Assembly: GCA_965222375.1 (NCBI GenBank)
Contig: CBDCTZ010000015.1
Span: forward strand, 640,001 to 704,000
Length of the DNA: 64,000 nucleotides
Reading direction: 5' to 3'
From: Polyangiaceae bacterium
Lineage (GTDB): Bacteria; Myxococcota_A; Polyangia; Polyangiales; Polyangiaceae
A program made the translations under genes and the position numbers. Under the pieces are notes generated by a model. It ran no database searches. It had not been told where the DNA came from and saw only the letters and a list, made by a program, of their open reading frames with translations. Below, one piece after another: positions 9,482 to 19,305 of this stretch. Position 1 is the first letter of the stretch; each line of letters opens with the position of its first letter.

Positions 9482-11887
9482 TCAGTTACGCGCCTCACCA
9501 GGGCGCGGCCAAGACACGGGTTGGCCAAGCAGGGCGTCCAAGGTGATGACTCGGTAGCGAGCGCCGCCGTCCTGTTGGAAGGTCAGCTCCCAGAGCGGCA
9601 GGAATAGCGGTGTGACTGCCTCGCAGCGAGCGGAGTAGCGCTGGTGGAAGCTCACCGAGACCGCGTTCGGCGCGGTGCGACCGAGCCATTCCTGTTCATC
9701 GATCACCAACTGCGAGGGCGCAGCGTCCGTGAAGGCCGCGACGCCATCGAGATCTGGAACGTCTCCCGCGTGCTGTTGGTCTGGCGCGCTCGCGAACCGA
9801 ATGCCCGCCCGAAGATCGAGCACCAGCAGCTCCAAAGTCTGCGGGTGCACGTACACGCTACCCAGGCGTTCGTCCTCGCGGCCACCGACAATTCTTCCAA
9901 TCAGCCCGCGCTCGACGTGTTCCCGGAAATCGAGTTTGTACAGCAACCGGTGCACGAGGCGCAGGCCGGCGAGGGTCTCGTCCTCCCCTATCAGCCCCAA
10001 TAGGCGACTCCGCACGTGGTCACGGGCTAGGCTGGCCGCCGTTTCTTGGTTGATGCGAGCGGTCACCGTGAGCACGCGGGCCGGCAAGCCAAGATCGGGC
10101 CGACCACCGCGAGCCACCAGGTGGTAGCGCATCCCGCGACCCTGCTTGAACTCGGCCACCACACCGCGCGACACCAATCGCTTGAGCAATCCCCGGACCT
10201 TCTTGTCCGACATGCTCAAAGGCCCCGCCAGCTCTTTCACGGCCGCAGATTCGCGGCTCGACAGCTCGCGCTCCACCGCTTGCAGTGCTTGCTCAGTCGG
10301 GTCCACCGCAGGCTGCTGCGACGCTGCGGGCTGAGGCCGAGTCGGCGCCGCGGCCAAAGGAACGGTCATGGGAACTGTTTTCGGCACAGCCCGAGGCGCA
10401 GCCGTTGACATCTCTGGGTCCGCTGCGTTTGGTCCTTCCTTTCCGCCTGGCTTCGGTCCCCTCTTTGCCTCGGCGGTAGCGTCCGCAGTTGGCTTCGGCT
10501 TCCTTTCCGCCTTCGCGGTGGCCTTCGCCGTCGGTCTTGGTTCCTCCTCTGCGCCAGCAGCGTCCGTGACCGCAGGCTCGCGCGAAGTTTCGGAAGTGGG
10601 GGCAGTGAATCGCTCGCGCCAGCGCTCGTCCGCGACTTCTTCGATCCGCTTTTCGTCAAAAGTGCGATGGTCGGTGAAAAGCCAGCGTGTCTTGAGAGGC
10701 ACCGCTTCCGAGAAGTTGTCCGGCGACAGCAGCATCAGCTCGCCCGGGGCCAGGCTGGGAAGCAAGCCCATCACGGAGTCGGATGAAACCGGGTCGATGG
10801 ACTTGATGGTCGGCTCCAGTTTTTTCAGGTCCTGGCGCGTGGTCAGCCTGCCCAGGGCCCAGGTCCCGAACTGCGCCATGGCTCGGTAGTCGACGTCCCC
10901 CGGGTTCTGCGTCGCCATCAAGCAGCACACTCCGTACTTGCGCGCCTGTTTGAAGAGCAACGCAAGGCCATCCTTGCACGCTGGCTTTCTCACCGGAGGA
11001 ATGAACGGGCTGACCTCGTCGATGTAGAACAACAACTGCGGCGTCGAGCTCGGATGCGACAGCATCCAGGCATAGAGCCGATCGACGAGCGCAGCCACGA
11101 GGAAGTCCTTGTCCTCCTGGCCGTGCAGGGTATTGAGGTAGATCACGCTCACTCGTGTCCTACCCGAGTCGGGGGCGTCTCGACCCAGGAGCTGGTCAAT
11201 GTTGATGGGCACGCCTTGGTGAAACAGCAGCTTCCGAGCGCCGACGTCTAGGCGTGCCAGCCGCTGGCAAGCCGTTCGGATCTTGCGAGCGTCGAGGTAG
11301 CGCTCGAGCTCCGCGTGGTCTGCTTTCGTCAGCGCTTCGGTCATGCTCGCCAAGGTCGGCCGCTGCCCGGCATCGAGCGCCTGCTGAAGCACTGCATCCA
11401 ACACCGCCGTGAGTCCGGCGCCATCGTCCCCATCCACATCGAACCCAAGCAGCGCCGTAACCATGCTGGCCGTGCGAGTCACCGCCGCCAGGCGCTCGGC
11501 CTGGGGCAGATCCACCAACCCCGGATCTACCGGGTCGGCACACAGCGGCACGCCTTTGGCCGACGCAGGCGTGTAGATGACGACATCCGCCTTCTGTTGA
11601 AACTCCGCTGCAAGAGCTGGATCCACCCCGCGCTGCCGAAGCTCTTCATCACTCAACGCGCCGGACACCAGGCTGCATAGATCACCCTGAGGATCGACAC
11701 AGATGGTCGGAATGCCGGCGCGCACCAACTCTTCAACGACGACCTTGCAAAACACCGTCTTGCCCGACCCACTCGAGCCAAGTGCCATCAAGTGACGCAG
11801 CAACGTCGACGCAGACAGCGCGACCGGCGCACCGGTCTCGCGTTGAGATCCCAAGAGCAGCTCTGCGGTCGTCACGTCGCCGACCAT
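9482..11887 (-). CDS. HerA/FtsK-superfamily ATPase (DUF87/DUF853-like) with C-terminal winged-helix region
   Basis: Walker A GSSGSGKT, VDPQGDL, Walker B YIDE and RKYG...ATQNPGD. The start is uncertain (11887 or 11875). Confidence 0.85.
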   Translation of the reverse strand: MVGDVTTAELLLGSQRETGAPVALSASTLLRHLMALGSSGSGKTVFCKVVVEELVRAGIPTICVDPQGDLCSLVSGALSDEELRQRGVDPALAAEFQQKADVVIYTPASAKGVPLCADPVDPGLVDLPQAERLAAVTRTASMVTALLGFDVDGDDGAGLTAVLDAVLQQALDAGQRPTLASMTEALTKADHAELERYLDARKIRTACQRLARLDVGARKLLFHQGVPINIDQLLGRDAPDSGRTRVSVIYLNTLHGQEDKDFLVAALVDRLYAWMLSHPSSTPQLLFYIDEVSPFIPPVRKPACKDGLALLFKQARKYGVCCLMATQNPGDVDYRAMAQFGTWALGRLTTRQDLKKLEPTIKSIDPVSSDSVMGLLPSLAPGELMLLSPDNFSEAVPLKTRWLFTDHRTFDEKRIEEVADERWRERFTAPTSETSREPAVTDAAGAEEEPRPTAKATAKAERKPKPTADATAEAKRGPKPGGKEGPNAADPEMSTAAPRAVPKTVPMTVPLAAAPTRPQPAASQQPAVDPTEQALQAVERELSSRESAAVKELAGPLSMSDKKVRGLLKRLVSRGVVAEFKQGRGMRYHLVARGGRPDLGLPARVLTVTARINQETAASLARDHVRSRLLGLIGEDETLAGLRLVHRLLYKLDFREHVERGLIGRIVGGREDERLGSVYVHPQTLELLVLDLRAGIRFASAPDQQHAGDVPDLDGVAAFTDAAPSQLVIDEQEWLGRTAPNAVSVSFHQRYSARCEAVTPLFLPLWELTFQQDGGARYRVITLDALLGQPVSWPRPGEARN

Positions 11888-12032
11888 CCGGCAATAGCGC
11901 GAAGGCGGCAACCCCGCAGCCATCATGGCTCTGTTCGCGTCCCAGCTGTTCGACGGACGCTTCGGACGGCGTGCGCCAGGACGCGCTCGCATCCGCCTCG
12001 CGGCGCCACGCAGAGGCTGGAACATGGCGTCG

Positions 12033-12650
12033 TTAGCGCCGCGACCGATAGGTCTTGTATGCAGCATCGAGGGCGGCTTGATTCACATATGAACGAAAGC
12101 GCACGGCCCTGAGCGCAACGCCGCAGTGCGGGCATTCCAATATCCTCGCCAGACCAGACTGCTGGGCGCGTACGCTTCTGCGACTAGCCCTCCGGACCTT
12201 CTTGTGGAGCGAACGCGCCTTGGCAGTAGCGACGAACCCCTCACTTCGCACGCGAACCAGCTTGGCAGCGACGAAGCGATTGAGTGCGCCATGGATCTCG
12301 TCCAGGGTTGGGATGGCGTGATTGATGTAATCAGCCGTACTGATCAACTGCTCGAGACTGCACGGACCCCTGCCCATCAGCGCAAGCAAGATCCACGAGT
12401 CCGCATCCTGCCACTCGCCGGGCAGCGCATGACCTTTCGCCCGCTTATGGCCAGCAGGCGTAAGGAACCAACGCTCGCCAACTTGAAACGCAGTCCCTTG
12501 GGCCGCCAAGCGCGCAAGCGATCGTTCGTCTTTGGCGGTGCTACCGGCTCGCGCCTCGCGCGAAGATACGAACCTGCGAACAGCTTCCAGGTCAGCTCCA
12601 CGGTTTCGCTGGTATGCCAAAGCCGAGAAAACCACGTCGTCATGTGCCAT
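12033..12650 (-). CDS. Hypothetical basic protein with winged-helix-like segments and a CxxC
   Basis: ORF with TACACT 7 nt upstream of the ATG. LTPAG/GFVATAKAR wing-like motifs and CPHC. Confidence 0.65.
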   Translation of the reverse strand: MAHDDVVFSALAYQRNRGADLEAVRRFVSSREARAGSTAKDERSLARLAAQGTAFQVGERWFLTPAGHKRAKGHALPGEWQDADSWILLALMGRGPCSLEQLISTADYINHAIPTLDEIHGALNRFVAAKLVRVRSEGFVATAKARSLHKKVRRASRRSVRAQQSGLARILECPHCGVALRAVRFRSYVNQAALDAAYKTYRSRR

Positions 12651-12753
12651 CACAGGCAGTGTAACGCGCGCAGATTCGAGCCAAGAGCACGGGCGCCCGC
12701 TCAGAACTGTCTCCCAAGGCCACCCGCTCTCTTCGCGACGCCGCGGCTGGTGG

Positions 12754-12861
12754 CTGTCAGGCGTTCACTGCATCTGTCAGCTCCTCATGGCACCTCGCGC
12801 CAGGGTAACGCCGTGGAAAATGGGTAGAAATGACCACTCTGGCGACGGCACACGCCTTGCG
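12754..12861 (+). promoter_or_regulatory. Sigma-54 promoter with tandem upstream activator-like sites
   Basis: CGGCACACGCCTTGCG at 12846-12861 (GG-N10-GC). CTGTCAG direct repeats at 12754 and 12774 are 20 bp apart. Confidence 0.7.
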
Positions 12862-12889
12862 ATTGAGCGCCGAAGCAGGAGAAGCGTCA

Positions 12890-13945
12890 ATGACACAAGC
12901 AGCACTACATACGCCACCACCATCCCGGTCCCAGTTCCTAGCGCTCGTTCACAGGCTCAGCGAAAGCTCCGTCAAGAAGCACTTCGACGCTTATGAAGAC
13001 GTTAGCTGGAATCATCCAGACTATTCGATTCAACCCGAAGATCCGCGTTGGGAGAAGGGGCCAGACGACGTTCTCGGCGCCACCGAATGGTACAGGAGCC
13101 GCCCCGCAGCCGTTCGGGCGCGATTGGGCCTGCACCACGTCGTCTTCCAGATGAAGCTCGGCGTCGAGTTCGAGAGCATCCTGAGTCGCGGGCTATTGGA
13201 GTTCAGTTCCACGCTGCGTTCGGGGGCGCCCGAGTTCCGCTACGCGCTGCATGAAGTCATCGAGGAAGGGCAGCATTCCTTGATGTTCCAGGAGTTCATC
13301 AATCGAGCTCGGCTACCGGTGCGAGGACTGACGGGTTTCGACACCTTCAGCTCGCGTTTCGTGCCTGGGCTCGGACGGACTTTTCCGGAGTTGTTCTTTC
13401 TTTTCGTGCTCGGCGGGGAAGTGCCCATCGACTTCACTCAACGTCGAGAGCTCCGCCGTGACGACAACCTGCACCCGCTTTTGAAGAGAGTGATGCAAAT
13501 TCATGTCACCGAGGAAGCACGCCATCTGTGTTTCGCCAAACGCTACATGGCAGAAAACGTACCCAGGTTGGGGCCTTGGCGTCGCTGGCAGCTGAAAGTA
13601 CGAGCGCCCTTCATCCTCGGTGCCATGTCAGCGCAAATGCTCAAGCCTCCGTCGGACCTCATTGGCGCCTATAGCATCCCGAAAGAGGTGGTGCGCGAGG
13701 CTTACACGGACAACCCCGTCCACCGAAAGCGCGTACTCGAAAGCCTAGCGCCCGTGCGTCGCCTGTGCGAGAGCACCGGCCTGATCACACCTGGCTTTCG
13801 CAAACTGTGGCAAGCGCTCGGCATTGCTCCAAAGTCTGCACCCCACACGGAGGAGCCACCTCGCCACGTCATCAACTGCAGCGTGCCCGGGGTCATCCGT
13901 GCCGTACCTCGACAATGGACTCGACCCATAGACACGCAGGACTGA
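12890..13945 (+). CDS. AurF-like diiron N-oxygenase family protein
   Basis: EEGQHSLMF and HVTEEARH (ExxH) diiron motifs. AGGAGA RBS precedes ATG 12890. Confidence 0.88.
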   Translation: MTQAALHTPPPSRSQFLALVHRLSESSVKKHFDAYEDVSWNHPDYSIQPEDPRWEKGPDDVLGATEWYRSRPAAVRARLGLHHVVFQMKLGVEFESILSRGLLEFSSTLRSGAPEFRYALHEVIEEGQHSLMFQEFINRARLPVRGLTGFDTFSSRFVPGLGRTFPELFFLFVLGGEVPIDFTQRRELRRDDNLHPLLKRVMQIHVTEEARHLCFAKRYMAENVPRLGPWRRWQLKVRAPFILGAMSAQMLKPPSDLIGAYSIPKEVVREAYTDNPVHRKRVLESLAPVRRLCESTGLITPGFRKLWQALGIAPKSAPHTEEPPRHVINCSVPGVIRAVPRQWTRPIDTQD

Positions 13946-14069
13946 TATGTTGTCGCTCGACCGACTCACTTCGCCTCTTAGAGCGAGACAGAGGTTGTGG
14001 AGTCCTGGCAACGCTCCTTGGGAGCTTGAGACCAACACAAGGTCAGCCATATCGAGCCTTCCCCGGCCC

Positions 14070-15062
14070 ATGCGGAAAAAGCGCAGAAAGCAAAAGTCGA
14101 CCGAACCCATCGCCTATCGCAAGGCGCGGAGCTCGGCGAATAGGAAGGTCGTATTCTTTGGTCACGCACTGATCTGGACTGCGGTCTGTTTCTTTCTGCT
14201 AGTGGTTGCTGGATTCATGGTGGCCACCATCGTCGCCTTGGCCTGGGGCATCGGACTGATGTGCCATGGCTACTTCGGCGTGTTGGCGCCGATACTGCGC
14301 GACCAGTTGATCCACAACGAAGTTGGCCGAAGGCTGCACAAGAGTGTGACCAACGAGCGCCGCGCACTTGAAGGGCGTCACGCTCGCTCCCTCGAGCAGC
14401 TATCTGCCTCCGTTGCCCACGAAATCCGCAACCCAATCACTGCCGCCAAGAGCCTGGCTCAACAAATCGCCGAGGACCCAACCTGCCCGGACAACGCGGA
14501 ATACGCCAAGGTCGCCGTCGAAGAGTTGGATCGCGTCGAACGTTCCGTATCTCACCTCTTGCGTTACGCGCGGGAGCAAGAGATGGCCTTCAGCGATCTG
14601 AACATCGAGGACGTCATCGAGTCGGCGCTGGATACCTTCCAAGAGCGACGCAAGCGGGGAATCGTCCGTATCGAAACCCACTTCGATGGCGATGGGTTCC
14701 TCTACGCCGATGCGGAGAAGCTTCGGCGCACGGTCATCAATCTGGTGAAGAACGCTTTCGACGCTCTGGAAGAGAGCGAATTCCCGGCGCCGAAGATCGT
14801 GATCAGCACCGGGAACAACTTGGCGGGGGACGAAGTGTGGCTACGGGTCAGCGACAATGGGCCGGGAATCGAGGCTGAGCGCCTATCGAAGATCTTCGAC
14901 CCGTTCCACAGCACCAAGGACAGCGGGACCGGGCTCGGCCTGCCGATCACCAAACGAATCGTCGAGGCACATGGCGGTTCAATCGAGATAAAGTCGGCGC
15001 TGGGTGAAGGCGCCGAGTTCGTGCTCACCTTTCCGAAACACGGCCTGACGCCAGAAGAATGA
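14070..15062 (+). CDS. Sensor histidine kinase (2 TM, NtrB-like)
   Basis: H-box AHEIRNP, N-box NLVKNA, DNGPGI and GTGLGL. Confidence 0.93.
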   Translation: MRKKRRKQKSTEPIAYRKARSSANRKVVFFGHALIWTAVCFFLLVVAGFMVATIVALAWGIGLMCHGYFGVLAPILRDQLIHNEVGRRLHKSVTNERRALEGRHARSLEQLSASVAHEIRNPITAAKSLAQQIAEDPTCPDNAEYAKVAVEELDRVERSVSHLLRYAREQEMAFSDLNIEDVIESALDTFQERRKRGIVRIETHFDGDGFLYADAEKLRRTVINLVKNAFDALEESEFPAPKIVISTGNNLAGDEVWLRVSDNGPGIEAERLSKIFDPFHSTKDSGTGLGLPITKRIVEAHGGSIEIKSALGEGAEFVLTFPKHGLTPEE

Positions 15063-16435
15063 CCTCCCGCATCTTGATTGTCGAAGACGAGCGCGCAATT
15101 CAAATCGCGCTCAAGGGCCTGTTCAAGAAGGAGGGGTACGAAGTCGAGGTATCCGGCTCCGGCAACGAAGCCATCTCGGCCCTAGGAGAGGGAGTCTTCG
15201 ATCTGGTGCTGACAGATCTGGCGCTCGGGCGCGGCGCGGACGGCATGGCCGTGCTGCGCGCATCGAAAGAAGCTCGACCAGAAGCGCCCGTGATCATGAT
15301 CACGGCACATGGCAGCGAGAAGGTCGCCGTAGAGGCCATGAAGGCTGGCGCGGACGACTACGTGCCCAAGCCCTTCGACAATGACGAAATTCGTATTGTC
15401 GTGCGTAGGGCCCTGGAGCGAACAAGGCTCGAGCGTGAGCATCGGCTGCTGCTCGACCAGCTTCAACGCGACTATGGATTCGGCGTGCTGATCGGTTCCG
15501 GGCAACCCATGAGGCGCGTCTTCGAAGCAATCAAGAAGGTTGCCGAGACCGACCTCACCGTGCTGATTCGAGGTGAAAGTGGCACGGGCAAGGAGCTCGT
15601 TGCTCAAGCGCTCCATCACCGAAGCGCGCGGGCCAGGCGGCCCTTCGTGCCGGTCAACTGCGCAGCCATCAGCAAAGAGCTCGTCGAAAGTGAACTCTTT
15701 GGACACGAAAAGGGAGCCTTCACCGGCGCAGACGCACGCCGGGTTGGCCGTTTCGAAGCCGCAGATGGAGGCACAATCTTCCTCGACGAGGTCGGCGACA
15801 TGCCCGCGGATACTCAGGCCAAGGTGCTGCGAGTGCTGCAGGAACGCTGCTTTGAACGTGTCGGCGGCAACTCCACGACTCGCTCGGATGTTCGCGTGGT
15901 CGCCGCAACCCATCGCGACTTGGAAGCCGAAGTCAACGACGGAACCTTTCGTCAAGATCTCTATTACCGGCTAAAGGTCGTGCAGATCGAACTGCCCCCG
16001 CTTCGCGATCGACTCGAGGACCTGCCCGCTCTCGTCGACCGATTCCTCGAGCAGCTCGCTGGCCGCCTGAGCCGGGATAAGATGGCGCTAACCGATGGAG
16101 CGCTCCGACGGCTTGCAGCGCACAATTGGCCAGGCAACGTGCGTGAGCTGCGCAACGTGGTGGAACAGGCTGCCGTATTGGCCTCCGGTTCGGCAATCGA
16201 CGCCGATGACCTCGATCTCGGCATGCAGCTAGCCGCGCCAGCAGGCGGCTTTGTGTCGGGCGTGTCCTTCCCCGATGCAAAACGGCAAGCAATCGAACAG
16301 TTCGAGCGGAGCTTCCTACTCGAAGCGCTACGCCATCACGATGGCAACGTGTCGCGAACAGCCGAAGCCATCGGTGTGGCACGCCAAAGCCTGCAGCTAA
16401 AGATTCGCGAATTGGGCCTGAAGAACCGAGGCTAG
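15059..16435 (+). CDS. Sigma-54-dependent response regulator (NtrC family)
   Basis: REC domain, GESGTGKE, GAFTGA, FLDE, WPGNVREL and a Fis-type HTH. ATGA overlap with the kinase. Confidence 0.95.
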   Translation: MTSRILIVEDERAIQIALKGLFKKEGYEVEVSGSGNEAISALGEGVFDLVLTDLALGRGADGMAVLRASKEARPEAPVIMITAHGSEKVAVEAMKAGADDYVPKPFDNDEIRIVVRRALERTRLEREHRLLLDQLQRDYGFGVLIGSGQPMRRVFEAIKKVAETDLTVLIRGESGTGKELVAQALHHRSARARRPFVPVNCAAISKELVESELFGHEKGAFTGADARRVGRFEAADGGTIFLDEVGDMPADTQAKVLRVLQERCFERVGGNSTTRSDVRVVAATHRDLEAEVNDGTFRQDLYYRLKVVQIELPPLRDRLEDLPALVDRFLEQLAGRLSRDKMALTDGALRRLAAHNWPGNVRELRNVVEQAAVLASGSAIDADDLDLGMQLAAPAGGFVSGVSFPDAKRQAIEQFERSFLLEALRHHDGNVSRTAEAIGVARQSLQLKIRELGLKNRG

Positions 16436-16469
16436 TCGCTTGGGCCCAGATGGCCAACGCCCAACGCAT

Positions 16470-16706
16470 TCAACCCTTCTGATTGCGAGAACTACCCTCC
16501 GGGAAGCCGAAGTGGATGGCGTCCTTGCCCTCCTCGAACTCGCAGAAGTTCTTGTAATCACCGTCACGCTTGATGGTCTCAGCGTCACCTGAGCAGTACG
16601 GGCACTCCACGTGCTTTTCCACCGTGTACATCTGGCCGGTGCGACGGCAGCGCAGCTGCTTCAATCTGACGTGTGGGTGTGAATCGCTTTCAGGTTGGTC
16701 GCTCAT
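16470..16706 (-). CDS. Small Cys-containing (putative metal-binding) protein
   Basis: GAGGTG RBS and a C...H..CPYC...C pattern. Confidence 0.7.
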   Translation of the reverse strand: MSDQPESDSHPHVRLKQLRCRRTGQMYTVEKHVECPYCSGDAETIKRDGDYKNFCEFEEGKDAIHFGFPEGSSRNQKG

Positions 16707-16855
16707 GGCCTCACCTCGCCTTCCCGGTACGCTAGATCGCTCGGCGCCCGCGCGCACGGACGCCAATATTTGGATGCGAGCTTCGTCATGTCCGAGCCAG
16801 TCCGCATCCGTAAACGCTGTTGATGTAGGTCAAGTATCGGGCATACCATCAGGCC

Positions 16856-17536
16856 ATGTCTCAGTTATCCAAGCTGGCTGACAACATCTGGTGCGTCGAT
16901 CGCCCGTTGCGTTTCCTCGGCTTCGAGATGGGCACGCGCATGACGGTCGTTCGAATCGCGGACACCTTGTGGGTGCATTCACCGGTTGAGCTCGACGACG
17001 CCTTGAAGCAAGAGCTCGACGCCTTGGGCAGCGTGCGCTGGGTGGTCGCACCCAATCGCTATCACCACTTGTACGTGCCAAGCTTCGCGCGCGCCTATCC
17101 CGAGGCCGACATGTTTTGCTGTCCAGGCTTGCAGAAGAAGCGTCCTGATATCGAATTCAAGGGCGAGCTGTCCGGCGCGCTGGACGAATGGGCCTCGGAT
17201 TTCGATTGCACATTGGTCGGTGGCGCGCCGATCTTCAACGAGCTGCTTTTCTGTCATCGCGCAAGCCGGACGCTGATTGCGACAGACATCTTCATCAACA
17301 TGGGTCGGTCCGAAGAGCACGCACCGACGCGCTGGCTGTTGAAGATCGACGGTGCCTACGACAAGTTGGCAGCACCTCGCACCTTCAAGTATCTGTTCAC
17401 TCGTGACCGCACCAAGCTGAAAGCCTCTGTCGACGTGATGCTGAACTGGAACTTCGACCGCGCCATCATGGCTCACGGCAGCGTCGTCGACTCAGGCGCC
17501 AAGCCGACAGTAAGCGAAGCATTCCGCTGGCTCTAG
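16856..17536 (+). CDS. DUF4336 family protein (metallo-beta-lactamase-like fold)
   Basis: TRMTVVR, HSP, APNRYHH, TLIATD and AHG motifs. Confidence 0.88.
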   Translation: MSQLSKLADNIWCVDRPLRFLGFEMGTRMTVVRIADTLWVHSPVELDDALKQELDALGSVRWVVAPNRYHHLYVPSFARAYPEADMFCCPGLQKKRPDIEFKGELSGALDEWASDFDCTLVGGAPIFNELLFCHRASRTLIATDIFINMGRSEEHAPTRWLLKIDGAYDKLAAPRTFKYLFTRDRTKLKASVDVMLNWNFDRAIMAHGSVVDSGAKPTVSEAFRWL

Positions 17537-17742
17537 GCGCGCCTTGGGCGTGGTCGAGTCCCCCCCGCTGCCACGCGGTTCGGCACGAGAGGATTCGACG
17601 CCCATGGTCGAAAACTGGCGCGGGACCGCGGGTTGGACCGACGAAGCGACCAACGGTGCATGGTGCGCCCAGTGCCGCACGCTCGATGCGCGCTGCTGGC
17701 AGTCTAGACTGTGACTCTTGTTGACACATGGGGTAAGGTAAG

Positions 17743-19161
17743 ATGATGCGGCCATGTGACACAGGAACACTAGGCCCTGCCAAAGTCCTCGCCGTCGGTT
17801 GCTTGGTTGGGCTACTCGGTTGTGGTCGAGTGCTCGGCATCTCGGATCTCGAGTACACCGACAATTCTGGAACCGGTGGCGAGGGAATGACCGGCAGCGG
17901 GGGAACGGCCGGCGGAGGCAGCGGAAACGCGGGCACCGGCAGTGGCGGGATTGACGGCGGCGGAGGCAGCAGCGACGGCGGGTTGGCCGGAGCCGGGGGT
18001 GCTGCGGGTAGTGGACTGATCTGCGACCCGAGCGCGTTAGCGTTGCCCGTAGCATCGGCCCAGAAAGTCAAACCATCCAGCGCGGGCGCGCCTGCGGTTG
18101 GGATCCGCACTCCAGAGCCGGTTTTCGGAACTCCGCTGGTACGATTGACAGACCAGACTGATGGTCAAGATTGCACGCTCCCCTATCCCCAGCCCGTTGC
18201 CCCCGACGGGCTGAGTATCGCCTATGGTTGTGGAGACAAGAAGGCCCTCACGTTGGCCGTGGCTCGCCTCGACTCTCAATCCTTGGCTTCCCAGCAGAAG
18301 CTGATCGTGCCGCCAATCCCTGGAGGTGGAGCACCCAGGTTCGAAGCCCAGTGGAGCGGAAAGGACGCCCTCTTTCTCCACGACGGCAAGCGCGTAACCC
18401 GTTTTGACTTGGTCCAGAAGAAGCACGAGTTGATTCGCGACTTCAGCGGCGGCTTGGGCGGAGCAGAGATCCATTCCCTTTCGGTCAGTGCCGACGGTAC
18501 CCGCTTCGCATTCACGCGAGGCAGCGACGGCCCCTACACGGTTTGGCACCGAGGAAGTGACACCCTCGAGCACTACTCAGAACCGGATGCCCAATTGGTG
18601 GAGCTTGATGCGTCCGGGCAGTGGTTGTTCGCGCAGCGATTTGGCTCCGCCCCGTGGCTTCGCATCCACAACGTTGGCAAAGGTGCCGCCGACCCTGGCG
18701 TGCTGCTCAACACCGGCGCACCACACTACGCACCCGAGCGCCGCGCAGCCTTTGTAGGATTCCAACTGCTGGGTGGAGTCCACAACGCCACACCCAATGG
18801 CGTTGCTGCGATTCTCAAACGCCCCAGCAACGCTCCGACAACATTCTCCACTCTCGTTCAGCTCCCCGGAAACGGACTTGCGCGCGAAATGCGCGACCTG
18901 CCGGCCTGGAGCGCGGTTTCAATCTACAACTCGTCGCCCGGACCGCTCTCCAACGAATTGGCGTTGTTCTCTTTGGACGGCAAGCTGGCGCGTCGCCTGG
19001 CGCATCACCGGGCGTCCACTCCTGGGTTCTTCGTGCCCGCGCTCCATCCCAGCGCCAACGGATGCACTGTGGCGTATGTCAGCAATTGGCTCAAATCCTT
19101 GCCGCTACCCGGCGGTGGCTTGGGCGCTAGCCATGTGTTCGTGCTCGACTTGCGTCTGTAG
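17743..19161 (+). CDS. Gly-rich lipoprotein with probable beta-propeller domain
   Basis: LLGCGRVLGISDL lipoprotein N-terminus and TolB-like strands (SVSADGTRFAF). Confidence 0.75.
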   Translation: MMRPCDTGTLGPAKVLAVGCLVGLLGCGRVLGISDLEYTDNSGTGGEGMTGSGGTAGGGSGNAGTGSGGIDGGGGSSDGGLAGAGGAAGSGLICDPSALALPVASAQKVKPSSAGAPAVGIRTPEPVFGTPLVRLTDQTDGQDCTLPYPQPVAPDGLSIAYGCGDKKALTLAVARLDSQSLASQQKLIVPPIPGGGAPRFEAQWSGKDALFLHDGKRVTRFDLVQKKHELIRDFSGGLGGAEIHSLSVSADGTRFAFTRGSDGPYTVWHRGSDTLEHYSEPDAQLVELDASGQWLFAQRFGSAPWLRIHNVGKGAADPGVLLNTGAPHYAPERRAAFVGFQLLGGVHNATPNGVAAILKRPSNAPTTFSTLVQLPGNGLAREMRDLPAWSAVSIYNSSPGPLSNELALFSLDGKLARRLAHHRASTPGFFVPALHPSANGCTVAYVSNWLKSLPLPGGGLGASHVFVLDLRL

Positions 19162-19305
19162 CCGCTGCTTGCATCCAGGTGAGACCCGGCAGGTCCCACA
19201 GTCGAGCAACCCACATCTCACCGCTGCTGGTCAATGAGTGCGTTGGGCGCGCGCTTCAACGCAAGTCCATACCCGATCTTCCGCCTCCAAGCGTGCCAGT
19301 TGCGG

